DNA of 63,663 nucleotides, filler included, from Bigelowiella natans CCMP2755 (lineage: Eukaryota; Protista; Cercozoa): assembly GCA_000320545.1 (NCBI GenBank). It is 7 parts of 7 records of this genome, joined end to end, with 100 filler letters (N's around TTAATTAATTAA, not from the genome) between each part and the next. Parts side by side here need not be neighbours in the genome. Positions count along the whole stretch, not along the records: positions 1 to 12,445 come from ADNK01000926.1; positions 12,546 to 22,013 come from ADNK01002238.1; 5 more parts are not named here. One strand, written 5' to 3'. The notes below the pieces were generated by a model. The model saw nothing but the letters and a program-made list of their open reading frames with translations, had not been told where the DNA came from and searched no databases. This document shows positions 1 through 12,857 of this stretch, in pieces. Positions within the stretch are counted from its first letter, which is position 1; the number at the start of each line of letters is the position of its first letter. A program made the translations under genes and the position numbers.

Positions 1-38
<38 letters not shown>

Positions 39-205
39 TCCTTCTTCTTCTTCGTCTTTTTCTTTCTCCCCCCCCCCTTCATCCTGCTCTTCTAGACTTG
101 AAGCATAGTATATATCATGCTTTTCCATGCAAAGAGGCTGGACAAGCGAGCCTGCATCGCCTCGAACCCCCCCCCCCCCCTCCCCCTTTCCTCCACACCC
201 TCACC

Positions 206-1575
206 TTTGGATGGACGGGTGCAGAGCTCGCAACGGCGGCGTGTACGAGATGAGGAAACTTGACTCTGAACCACCCCGCCAACATGCCAGGGTAAGACCC
301 GCCGAAGCTAACCCACTTGTTTGAGCTGCTCAGGGAATACTCCTACAAGTAGTAAGGTGTATGCGTGTAGGTTAGTTCGCTGCTGCCAGAGAAACAAAAT
401 ATGGGGTGTTTTATGATCAGGGGATATGCTCTTTTGAATGCAGCAACGGCCAACTTCCTTCCTCCCATACATCCCAGTACCTTTGTCGCGAAAGAGTGAA
501 ATTGAGCTAAGTCAGCTAGAGCTTGACGGCTGCTCAGATAATGGAGGCTCTTGGTCGGGGGGTCCTGTACGAGTTGATCATAAAAATGAGCACATCGATA
601 CAATGTTGCAGACGCACAATTTAGAGGAGAGATCCTGCATACGATCTAGATTCAAAAAAGGGCCTCATGTTACTGCACGATAATGAATCATATCAATGTT
701 CATTGTCGCTGTCAATACTCCTAGCTTTTTAGCCAGGTCTCCCACCACTGCAGTTTCTACCTTAAAGTCTTGTACAGGGCATGCGCTGGTATTGTGGCAT
801 CCATAGTATCGGTGCTCGACTGCAAAAAACAGAGCTCCCGTTTCCTACAGAATTTGGCAGAGCATGTTCGTCATAAACTAGCACCAACTCTTTATAATAG
901 CGCATGCACAACATTCCCACAACCACAGTAAAATTATCATTGGGAGTCAAGCTAGAAGCAAGAGATAGAGTCCGAAATGTTAAGGTGTTGCGAGCGAAAA
1001 TAGTACAAGGGTTGTGGTTGGTAGTACCTGCAACCAATCCACCGCATTGCTGCAGTGTACGCTATTCACAACTACGGCAGGTGTGAGGGGAGGCCCTTCC
1101 CCCCCCACACATAAGAAAACCGGCGCATTTGATTCAGGGCCTTTCCAGAACGTGTCGTTGACGTAGTAGGCCTGCTGCCATGTCGTAGGGTTGGACCCAT
1201 CGAAGTGGTCTTGCCTTTGGGTGAAAAAACGCAGCGAAGGGGGCGGAGAAGACTCCTCGCCCTTCCCCAAAAGCTCACCCTGGAGAGCTGAACGAGAGGA
1301 TAGGTACTGCTGTAGGTGGTAGTACCTGTGATAATGAGGGGAGGAGATAAAGCGTGACAAAAGAACATGGCAGGCCATACAAGAATCAGCATGCTGTTTT
1401 CCCTTTTTTAACTGTCTGCGGGCCAAATTTTACTCAAAGCCGATACAAAATGTTCAATAAAGTAAGCCCCCCTCTGCTTTCTAAGCATAAATTACTTTCC
1501 CCTTGGAGCAATGGAGAGAACGGCGGCAGGTAGAAGGACTGCAAGGGCAGCCATCGTGTTGGTAAGGGGCGCCAT
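206..1575 (-). CDS. Serine carboxypeptidase family S28 (PRCP/TSSP-like), multi-exon, 3' part runs off the window
   Basis: Spliced exons: signal peptide [23 protein letters not shown] (ATG 1575); [30 protein letters not shown]; [15 protein letters not shown] (762-845); [14 protein letters not shown]; [34 protein letters not shown] (catalytic Ser motif, ~206-342). GT-AG junctions keep the frame. Confidence 0.95.
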
Positions 1576-2083
1576 CCTGCGTTTGATGTACGGGAAAAAA
1601 CGCAAAAATGGCCTCCATTTCGCTACTGTCTTCATGCTTGAGGAAACAAAGAGCCATTTTGTCCTGCCGATCACCTACTCGACATGTCGTAATACACAAA
1701 TATACTAACATAGCGCGGAAAGGCAACGACAAGAAGAGATTGGTCGGCAGGGTTTGTTCTGAGGAAAAATCCCCTCGTTTCAGGTGCTTTTTTCAGGAAT
1801 AGAGACTGTTTTTGGAAGAAAAGGCCGCCCACTTGCCCTTCGTTTAGCCGGACGTAGTTCTCCTTCCGACCCCCTCCAGTCGGAGGTCAACAACGCGTTA
1901 AGTGTACTGCCTTGGTGTTTTGGCTTAATACACATCCTTTTTCTTCTTTGAAGTGCAAGTACAGCAACACCAGCTGGCGCACTTCTCCTTTTTTCCCTTC
2001 CAACCCCCACAAATTTGAAACTTTTGTACAGGAGTTCCCTCAGGGAAACACAACATCGCTTATTGCGCCTGCCCCGCAAAGCC

Positions 2084-2915
2084 ATGGTGAGTTGGTGAGT
2101 TAATAAACAGCGAAACATTTTGAAATAGCCGAGTTGGGCAGAGGGGTTGACACTAAGGAGTTCTGATTCAGTAACTGACTCATTTCTTTGATCATTAGGT
2201 GTCCAAAGAGGGGATCGTGATGTGGCAGGATGCTGAGGTAGTAGCTTTCGATGATCAAAATATCCATGACAACACCATGAAATTTCTCAACAATAGATGG
2301 GCAGTAGAGAGAGAGAAAGAGAGAGAGGTCCGAAATACCTTGCGTGCACCAGATTATATTCGGCTTGAATGTTTCACGTTCTTTAAGTTTTCATTTCGAC
2401 GAACGGTGTGCTTATTCATATTACCAGGGGGTAGCTCTTGATGGTTGGATGAAAGTAGTTTCGACCTCTCTTATAGGGTTGGAGATAACTCAAACCAGGT
2501 AGAAATCATATAGTGGTAACCTTACCATGACTATACCTTCAGCAGAGTATGGATGATGACGGATTTATTCGTATATCGTTTTTCCCAACACTCCTCCCCC
2601 CTCCCCCTCCATCATTCTCCTATCCGTTCTCATAAGTGTTCCTATCCGTATTGTGATTCCCACCTAGGTTTTTCCGGCTTGTAAAGCATCCCACTCAGGT
2701 AAAGAGTTTGCTTATTTCTCGAAGCAGGGTTGATGCAATCGTTCACTTCGTTTATTATTTATTTATTTATTTCGCCGCATTCTGCTTCGGCAGCTCTTTT
2801 ATTATACGAGTGAAAAAACCTCCAAACCAAGAGGGAAGGTGGAGCTTAAGGTAAGAACAACACATGGTGGTGGAAAAGTGCATGTGCATGCTTATAAATC
2901 AACTAAATATGTAGA

Positions 2916-2967
<52 letters not shown>

Positions 2968-4004
2968 TCTCTGTGTCATATAGTATTCATCGTTGTTCAT
3001 ATAGGCATAATATTTATCACCTAAATCTGTTAATATATTACTAGAGTTCAGACGGTGAGCCCTTACCTATAACGATCGAGAATAACGTGGTAATACAATC
3101 ACCTGGAAACTACTTAATATTGAGATGCAACACGCACAGATAGTTGAGCAGTACTCTGGGTGCCATAACTGAAGAAAGCATGCATAACTCGTTAGTTTAG
3201 TCCCAGAAACTTAGGTTTTAAGAATTCTCCCATTATATGATTCGTTCACATGTGCATATTATAGCTTGTCATGAAGTCGTCGACGATGCGGATTTTATGC
3301 GATAGTGCTGATGAAGCTACTATGTGGGGACTTGCAATAAAAGGTCAAAGTAAAATATGTGGGATACCACACCGGCATCTCCATATTCCCTTTTCCTTCT
3401 CTCCTCTCTCCCCCTTCCTCCTCTCTCCCTCCCTCTTATATGACATCATTGTCTCTGAACGCGGGTGTAGCAATGCTAGAGGAAAGGAGTAAATAGGGCT
3501 GATCTTTCTTTGAGAAACTAATATCGGTACCACCGGGGCATCATCTGTTAACCTCTTACGTTTCTTTTGTTCCTGGCAGCCTGCTTACTGCACGAGAAGA
3601 CCAAAGAGATAAAGCAGGAGGCGGAAAAACAGCAGTCACAAAGTGACGAAGATTGTGAGAATAGGAGCTTGCTACTCTCCTCGGACACCATACGACAGGG
3701 CTTCAATAGACGATGTATTGGCGACGTCGACAAGGGGTTGATGCATCGTGTGGCCGATGACAGCAATACTGATAATAAAGATGTCGCAAAGGCATCGGTA
3801 GAGTCAGGTGACTCTCCGCGGTCTACATTCAAATCCGAGCAAAAATCAATTGTGACCATGATGAAGAAACTTCTGGCAAACCCTCTTTCTTCTTCATCGC
3901 AATCTTCGACGGCTAGTTCCACCCTACGAAAAAATGATATCAATAGTAAAAATCAAAGGAAGCAACAGCGAGCGGAGAGGAATGTGATCCTGTTTGTAGA
4001 TTAA
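2084..4004 (+). CDS. PH-domain protein with low-complexity Ser/charged C-terminus, multi-exon
   Basis: Exons M|VSKEGIVMWQDAE, FFRLVKHPTQ, LFYYTSEKTSKPRGKVELK, MKSSTMRILCDSADEATMWGLAIK (PH terminal helix with conserved Trp). The last exon is ORF 3567-4004. Confidence 0.7.
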
Positions 4005-4840
4005 CACACATCAATGATTAGAACCAACCCATCATGATGAGCACACGGCGCTATCTAGCTATGCTACCTAATACCCATCGAACACGCACGAATGATACAC
4101 GTTGTACTAGCTAGAAGCTAGCTACCGACTTGCCGGGCAGCGCAGGGCAGCAGGCTCTATACCCATCTATGGCCATTCTGGCATTCATGTCTAGCTAGAT
4201 GTTGAAGCAACCGACGCCTACTAGCCTGCGCATGTAGCATAGGCTCGGTTTAGTGAGAGCCGTCATTCTAGGCATCTAGGTAGCCATGCTAGCGTGCACT
4301 AGCGCTAGAGCGATGTAGCGACGCTAGGACGATCGGACCGAACACATTGATTTCTGAATTTTTATTCTAATTTTACTGAAGCACTTCATCATCACTATAC
4401 GAGATCATTACGTACGACTCACCACGCAGCTGCACGTTCGCGAACAAGCATGTTCTGCGCAGCTGTTCTAAAGCACATCACATCGCATCGTAGCTGCCGG
4501 GCTAGCGGGCCATGGCTAGATGGTGATGGCATGCAGGCATATCCTTATGTACGCAACGCAGAATGAAACACCACATGTGAACGTATGTTACGCATCGGCT
4601 CAATATTTTCTTGTTATTCTAATGATTTAAAACAATCTTGACGTCATTCTTGGTAGAGGTATCAGAAGTAGCCCACCAAACTAGCCAATCGGATATTTGC
4701 AATGCCAATGAAAGACTAAATTGCTATTACAACGTCGTTTGATTCCTAATTTAAATGCGAGATCATGGACAGCGGTCGGTGGCCGGTGGGGACGGCGGCT
4801 GCCTGCCTACACAATAATTTTCCGCAGCAGCCCGCGCTAT

Positions 4841-7355
4841 TTACACCCTCGTCGTCCTCCTCGACCTACTCGCTGAGAGCGCTATCCCCACCCGGTTGCT
4901 ATCATGGTCGAACACGGTCAAGAACTTCTCGACCCACGTGTCGCCGGCTATGTGGAGAGGCCCCTTCGGAGCATCCACGTCTAGGCCCATCAGCTGCACC
5001 TGGTTGCCATGTGTGTACTCGGAGTGATCGAAGCAAAACCTCTGCCTTCCGTTCGCGTCGGCGACGTGGTAGCAAAGCGGCTCGCGGAGGGTCTCCATCA
5101 GCTCGAGCATGTGCCCAGCAGAGCTCGAGGGAGCGGTGAAAATGGAGGTGCCAGTGTCAAAGACAAGCGTGCAACTCTTGCCCTTTGCCACCTGCGGGCA
5201 GAGGGTGCCCTGCCGTCTCAAGGAGTGCCGCCCAATCGTGACGTCGTAGAGTTCGACCTGCCAGTAGAGCCTCTTGTTTACGTTTACCCAGTGGATAGGG
5301 CCGTGGTACAAGTGGGGGTGCACGTCGCCAAAGACGATGCCGCTGTGGCCACTCACATCGTAGTAGAACGAGAGCCAGTTCTTCTCGAGCTGCCGCGCCG
5401 CGATGAGGTTGTCGAACAGGGTTTTCTCTTTGGTCGCCGAGAGCTCGCTGAAGGAAAGCCCCGCAATTCCATCGAAGTCGTTGAGGAAAACCTGGCCAGT
5501 CTCCGATGTTATGCGCCCAAAAACCTGGCCAGGAATGTGGACGGGGCCGAGATGGAACACGTCAGTGCCTAGGGATCCAGAGATGGCGCCTGTGCCAAAC
5601 TGCACGTCCATTTGCTGCCCGATGTCGGTGAAGGTGGAGGAGAAGTTGTGGTGAAATCTGTTATGAACGCTGCATGAGTAGGTCTTGCACTCGGAAGATG
5701 TGACCCACAGGTTGCTCGACCCAGTATCAAACACCACGGAGGCCCTCTGTGGCGGCGTTCCAATGTGGATATCACCCACGTATTGTGAGCCTGCGATCGA
5801 TTTGAGGGCGAGGTTGTAGTTATGAATCTTGGCCCGATACCTGATTGTGGCGACAGAGCATATAATTATTTCCTGTAAGAATAATGATCGTTTTTCCTCA
5901 ATCTCACACAGGATTTACTAAATACATTTTTTAGAAACTTAATGTTTACACAGGATAATTTCTGCATCATGATGGGAAGCAAAAATATTATATTACTGCA
6001 TGAAGTGCATCCATCGCATTGAGGGATCCTCTTCCTTCTGAACAGCACTTGCATGTGCCTGGCGAAGAGCGTGATGATGATCATTCAGGTGGCGGGTAAG
6101 ATGCCGGCGCCTGTGATGCTCATTGTCCTTCTTACGTACGGGTAAATGGAGCTGCGCTTGGACAAATGCTTCCCACTCTTTCCCACTCAATCCAGATTTT
6201 GAGTATTGTACCTATTAACAAGATGCATTTTATCATTGCGTAAGGTTTGACTTTGTGAACAGACAATCAAGTTTAGCATCTAAGCGAGTCTTGACCCTCT
6301 GGTTTATTTTAACTACACTTGTCCATTTTTCACAACTTCCACATTTTTTTCATTTTCGACGTTTGCCATTCAGTCACATCTCAATATAACATCCTAAAAT
6401 CTTTCTCTATGCCAGTGTACACCAATTTCCATCCTCCCCATTAGCGTAAAAAGCTAATTAAATCAGCACTGTGGGAGTACCGACATTTGCTAAACATGTT
6501 CATCTCTTCCAAGAAATCAGACCTTAGTGTTATCATAGTTCTTCTGCAAAATACTGCTGGCTATGTCACTGTCTGTCCTGTCCGAGAGTTGAGCACCCCA
6601 AGAGAGGAGGGGTAGAAGAAGAAGAAGAGGGAGCATATTGAGGGGGCCGAAGCTGCCCTCCAAGCGATCTTAGATCTGAGATTGTTATACTCAGAAAATG
6701 TAAAACTCAAATTTTGTTCTAATTTATAGTAACGACTAAGCAAAATAGTTAAAATATTCACTCAACTGATTAGATCACCTTGCCAACTGTGATTAGATAG
6801 GTCTTGTTGTTTGTTGCAAAGAGTTGCGTTGGTATTTCCATGCAGCAAATGTGATCTTTTTTATTTTCTCGGCCCATCATAAATAGTGGACAACTGACTC
6901 CCTACGACATGGAATATGTCGCAAATGTCTTTCTGAAAACACGAAGAGAGATGTTTTGGCGTCTCAAGCTAATGGAAAAAGCAAAATCCCGGTGGAATAT
7001 ATAAATTGAATGTAATACCCCGTATTACTTCTGCAGCGTCAATGTAAGTTTGCCGTATTTCTATTTTTTCGTGGAAGCTGCGCTATTTACCCAATCTTGC
7101 CCAAATTTCATTGAATGGCGTCCCGTCGCGGCTCGGTCTTCTTCGCTGGGGTTGTGGCTGTGGTGGGAGGAATCGTTTCCCTCGTTCACTTCCAGCAGAA
7201 AAAGCAAAGAGAGGTAAAAATATCATATTCCATACTTGACATGATCTGACAACCACCTGATGGATCAGTTCATGCATGAAGGGATGCTGAAAGACCAAGA
7301 ACGACTCAAGCGGCAGCAGGAACGCAAAGAGAAACAACTTAAGAGATAGCGACAT
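4841..7355 (-). CDS. Secreted pepsin-like (A1) aspartic protease; catalytic part in one ~1 kb exon (4841-5841); upstream exons less certain
   Basis: QYVGDIHIGTPPQ, VVFDTGSSNLWV, VQFGTG, FDGIAGL, YWQV, LVFDTGTS, IAGDTWVEKFLTVFDHDSNRVGIA. The His-rich pro-segment exon (~5997-6211) splices in frame. Hydrophobic signal-like MSLSLKLFLFAFLLPLESF at 7355; its linkage is inferred. Confidence 0.9.
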
Positions 7356-7727
7356 TTTTTGCCTGATTAATGTACGTGTTTCCTCGAGGAATTGTGGATA
7401 ATGAATAGCGTTTTTCATGTTATATGAGGTGAAATTTAGAATATTATTGATGAAAATGAACTCTCAAAAAATAATGTGACAATCTATGGAGGTGCGGTAT
7501 GTTGTGATGAAATTGCGAGTTCTTCACGGAGGGATTATTATTTCTCTTTATCTCTTTTCGCCCCTTCCGCTTATTCCGCCTCCCTTGCCCCCTCGCACGC
7601 GAGCGTAGCACTGTCCAAATATAGCAGCACGCGCAGCTATTCGATGTAGCGTAATGTCCAATTGACTATGGTATGCAAACGTAGCTTAAATCAGCACCAT
7701 CTGCGTGCCCATTATACGTTTCCACGT

Positions 7728-7778
<51 letters not shown>

Positions 7779-8289
7779 GACACGTGGTTCATAGCTTGTT
7801 ATTTTTTTGCAGCGTGGCAATCAGTGATTAGCGCGATGCTTTACGAGTAGCTAGACCATGCCAGCATGTTACAAGACACAGATAATAATACAGTAGACAC
7901 CATGGCATCACAAAAAACGAATGGATAATATGAGCATGAGTAGCAGCTGTTGAGAGATCATAATATGGACAACGTGTGAATGTGCTGACTTCGATTCGCA
8001 CGCCCATCAGCTACATACAGCAGCACGTGGTTGTTCAATGCCGTGCCTTATGCCGCCATGCATACGTCGTTGTCGTCAACTCAACGTGCACAGCACGCTG
8101 TCAACTTGCATAGCAACACTTTGTGCAGAGGAGACACACAACCCCAGCGGGGAAACAGCATGAATTTGTCGATATTATGACGAAATTAACTTTGACACCA
8201 TGCAGCCGACAACAAATATATCAATTCTAATCACTCAAATTTGCACGTTTATCGTGGAAACAAGCTAGATCGTCAAAGCACAATACACT

Positions 8290-10637
8290 CTAATTTCTCA
8301 AATTTTGCTTATAATCTTGTAAAACAGAAGCAACTACCTTCGTGACATCTTCAAACACGGCGTCTGCTCCCATCCTATCCTCACCCTCACGCCAGACGCC
8401 AGTCTTCACCAGAAACGCACTCCAAGGCCTCAACCGATGCTTAGAGGAGAATGTATTCATTGAAACAGCGCCGGCAATATCTGATCGGGTGTTGTCTCCC
8501 ACCTGAGCAATACGAACCGAAGTAAGACGGATTATACAGAGGGTAAGCGCGATGACTTCACAACGAAGAACTCGTGCACATGCAAGGATCATAAGCAACC
8601 ATATAGAATCGTGATATGTGACAGCCGAGGTCACTCGCGCGGTCCAGTAGTGCCTGGCGAGCGTAGATGTACTGGGCATGCACCGGCTTTCCAAACTGGA
8701 CGAAATCCCCCAAACGAGTATCTATCTCTGCCTTTGAGAGGCCTAAAGCTTCCATTCTAGCCTTATAGCATGCCTGGAGCGATAATTTAAATGCCCCCTG
8801 ACCAAATCTGGTGGCCAATAGACAGATCAATAACGTCGAATAGTTATGGATGGTGGGCACTAGTCATTTCTACAAATGCGAACACCACCAATCCACATGC
8901 TTCTCGAAAATGATGGCACAAACATGGCAACGGCCAGAATATTCATCATCGCCTGCACCTTGGAAATGGATGCTGTGTTTTCCATAGAAGATCGCCGTTG
9001 GAGAATACAATAGGAATCCGATGCTGTGGATCATACTCCACCTTCGTATGTACGAATTATGTTATTGGCTTTTGAAAGAGAGAAAGGTTGATAAATGACA
9101 CAGCCGCATCAACGAATCACCTTGCCTGGACGGCTGGAAAGCAGCACGTCCGTGGTAATCTGTATCGCCTCAAATAGGTCTCTGCCGCATTTCAAAACCA
9201 CTATCAGTCGGCGGATTCTCACAAAATAAATTTTCATCCCTAGCCGCGTCACCATCACCGCCTCACCATCATCGACTCTATAAATCATATTATCTGCATT
9301 CATAATCGAATAAGTACGATGGGTCTGTGAAGACTAGGACAGCCTTGAAGCCTTCACTCCAATGCTCCTTGCCGCGATATACACGATCGTCCTTCTCACA
9401 TCCACCAGAACCTTTTTTGAAGGGGTTTAATGTCGGGTGTCTGCGCGCATATTCTTCGATATGAGTAGTCTTCGTGAAGCCGTAGCTCTCTACGACATTC
9501 ACTGCGCGCTTACACCCAACAATAAGAACTGGAGCATGCCTACATATGGGGTGAGGGAGGACAACAGAAAGATTGAATGATACGTTAGTAAGTTCTTGGT
9601 TGGGGAAGGGGGAGGAAAAATCAATCAATTGAAAGGGATAAATCAGCCTACAGCTATCACTACACCATACCGTAGATGTTTGAGGTGGGTCAGGAAAGGC
9701 GAGTAGCTAAGCACCATCTGCTTTTCCGTTACAAAGCTTTCGCTTTCACTTACTGTCTTTTTGTCATCTTCGCTATCGAATGCTGCGAGCTTCTCGTTGA
9801 TCAGGTCCGCATACTGCTGCTCGGTCCGCCCACCCCCGCCATTTGTCATGAAGATGTAGGGGATACGCTCGCGCTGGAGCTTTCGGAGTACCCGGGCGCC
9901 AAAGCTATAGTACCTATAAAGGCCAAATATATACTCTCGTATTCAGCAAACCACACTCATCCTGGCACACATACCCACACCCCCGTAACCCCCAAAAGGT
10001 ATAGTGTCGGATATTTAGAAATATCGATCATTGTTTGCATGATTTTTGCACGCCATTATATATCCTCCTTGCTGTGAAGCAAGTAACGGGAAGCGAATTG
10101 ATTGGATGGGAAGACTTTTGTTCTCACTCACCGTCCAGCATTCTTGAATACACCGTCGAGATCAAAGATGAAGCCAGGTGCGGGACGTTTAGTGCCTGAT
10201 CGCTGCGGTTCGGGAGAGCTACAGTGATGGGCAATTAACTCCCGGAGACCACTCCCCGTCTCCTCAATAATATCTAACCCATTTTTAATCTCCGCACGAC
10301 CAGGAGAAACAAGAACTTCGCAGGAGGTATGATATGTAGATGTGGATGTCGTTGATAGGGGAGGGGAGGAGGGCGGAGCGGCATATCTTTCGGACTGGGA
10401 AGGATCGTCCTCGAAGGAAATTGAAGGGGTTGTATCGGCTGATGTCGCATCCTTCACTCCTTGGAGATCAGCCGCCTTACTTTGGCGGAAAGCGGAATTG
10501 GGAGGGTCAGAATACCGTGCTACCAGTTTAGAATTCATAAATGAGTTCTGCTCTCTCGAGTTGCAAATAGCTCTGCTCCAGAGCAGAAACGAAAGGGAAG
10601 GAATGAAGGAACGCATTATCTTCGAGTTGACACGCAT
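8290..10637 (-). CDS. HAD-superfamily subfamily IIA hydrolase (HDHD5/CECR5-like), multi-exon
   Basis: GFIFDLDGV (motif I), IPYIFMTNGGG (motif II), QMVLSYSPF, DLFEAIQITTDVLLS, RFGQGAFKLSL, QFGKP (motif III), YMVGDNTRSDIAGA (motif IV), WSAFLVKTGVW. Confidence 0.93.
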
Positions 10638-11319
10638 CTGAAGCTATAAAAGAAATCTTTCTAATACAGAAGAACTAAGAGTGTTCGTGATCCTCATGAG
10701 ACGGCACGTCTCTGGACAGAATGAAGGATCGGATGTGAACCTCACCCTCTTTACACCCATCTACCTACCTTCCTATATATCTATCATTGCATTCTGTTTG
10801 TATTAAGTATCTAGATGCAACTAGATCCCCTCGTATCAAAAGAAAACAGCGATCCTTCCCTCTCTGCAAAGCTCTATCACCTGGAAGGGCCGCCGAGAGA
10901 AGGGCAGAAGGGGAAGATGCACCCATTTTGGAGTATGATGTCGCTCTCCGAAATCGGCATCGTTTTTGCTTCGAAGAGGTCGAATGTGAGCCGTTTTCTT
11001 TGCTTATTTGCAAAGCCCAAAACACTACAGGTAATAATGTTGGGATCCAAGAAAGAACTCTATGTCGCAAATTATCAGCGCCTGACAATACGGAAAATCT
11101 GGATAAAAAATCTCCGATTTTTCCAATAAAATTGAATGAAAGTAATGTAAATCTTCCAGTTGTTACATGTCATTATCATTCCGCGTAGTCCAACGGTTAG
11201 GATATGGGATTTTCACTCCCAAGATCGGGGTTCGATTCCCCGCGTGGAAAGTACATATGTCGCTCTTTTTATCATAATTTTTTGTAAAAATCGAGGGTCC
11301 CATGCTCTGCAAGCCCACC

Positions 11320-12219
11320 ATGTTTACTCCGCTGCTCCCCATCCTCTTCTCTCTGTTGGATGCTACGATCCTGGGAGATAAGGCGGTAATGCTCGCCGAT
11401 CTTTCTTCTTGTTTGTTGCACGCCCCTCCTGGTCTTGCCTTATCTTATCCTGAGTTGCAAGCAGCCAAACGCCTGCTGCGAGTTTTGGGTTCCACACACT
11501 TGATTCCACTTGAAATGATCAATGTCATTTTTGCCTTGCTCCTTCTGTAGCCTGGTCTGGCACTAACCCCTCCTATGGGCTGGATGAGCTGGGAACGATT
11601 CAGATGCGAAAGTAGGAATGCGTGTAACAGGCGCATATCTCTCCCCCCCTCTCCCTCCCCCTCGCACCCTTGCCACCAACGTCTGTTCTCATCATCGTCT
11701 TTGTCTTCAGCGGACTGTGTGAATCATCCTAACGAGTGCATCAGTGAAGATCTCTACAAGACCATGGCCCAGCATCTCAAGGAGGTTGGTTCGGTTGGAG
11801 AATGTGAATCATAATGTCGCTCATTGCCCCCCCCCATCAGCGTCACCATCTTCATCATATCGCCACCACCGACACCGTACATCAGCACATTCACTCAACA
11901 ATCCGTGCGAATACCAACTGTCTAGGATGGCTACCTCGATGCCGGCTACAACCAAATCTCCATTGACGACTGTTGGGAGGCAAGCACCCGGGATGCGAAC
12001 GGAAAGCTCACGTAAGGAGGAGGGAGGGCACCATCAATGAATAAATAAATCAGCACATGCACGACAAAAAACAAGGAGCAGAAAAGCTGTGTTCAATAAC
12101 TCTCTTATTCGTTCGTCGTCTTTACAGGGCAAACGCAACTCGGTTTCCCTCCGGCATGGCGGCACTGGCGGACCACATCCACTCGCTGGGGCTAGGGTTC
12201 GGCATCTATAGCGACGAAG
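11320..12219 (+). CDS. GH27 alpha-galactosidase / alpha-N-acetylgalactosaminidase, 5' part only (truncated by assembly gap)
   Basis: Signal-like MFTPLLPILFSLL; GLALTPPMGWMSWERFRCE; DCVNHPNECISEDLYKTMA; GYLDAGYNQISIDDCW; RFPSGMAALADHIHSLGLGFGIYSDEG. Confidence 0.93.
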
Positions 12220-12273
12220 GTGCTTGCCTCTCACACTCCATCTTCGTGAGTGCCGTTGTCATTACGGGACACC

Positions 12274-12445
<172 letters not shown>

Positions 12446-12545
12446 NNNNNNNNNNNNNNNNNNNNNNNNNNNNNNNNNNNNNNNNNNNNTTAATTAATTA
12501 ANNNNNNNNNNNNNNNNNNNNNNNNNNNNNNNNNNNNNNNNNNNN
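12446..12545. other. Assembly gap linker N44-TTAATTAATTAA-N44
   Basis: 100-bp spacer with stop codons in all six frames. Confidence 0.98.
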
Positions 12546-12546
12546 A

Positions 12547-12594
<48 letters not shown>

Positions 12595-12623
12595 TATAAT
12601 TTTGAACATCATGATAAGTACCA

Positions 12624-12823
12624 TCACAATCGACTTCTGGTGTGCGACAGTGTCTGCTCACAATAACCCTGCACAACGCATGGCCTTATCAGCTTGGGAA
12701 AGATGCGGCTAGGCCATTCATTTAGCGACACGTCTATACTTCTCTCCAGCATTTATCTTACGAACACACCTGTTATCTACAACACTATATATCTCCACAT
12801 GTCCGCGCCATTCGTCTCTGCAA

Positions 12824-12857
<34 letters not shown>

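Noticed and set aside
12490-12501. TTAATTAATTAA palindrome repeated six times (looks like a piggyBac TTAA target or a regulatory motif)
   Set aside because: Always centred in exactly 100 bp of Ns; an artificial six-frame-stop scaffold linker.
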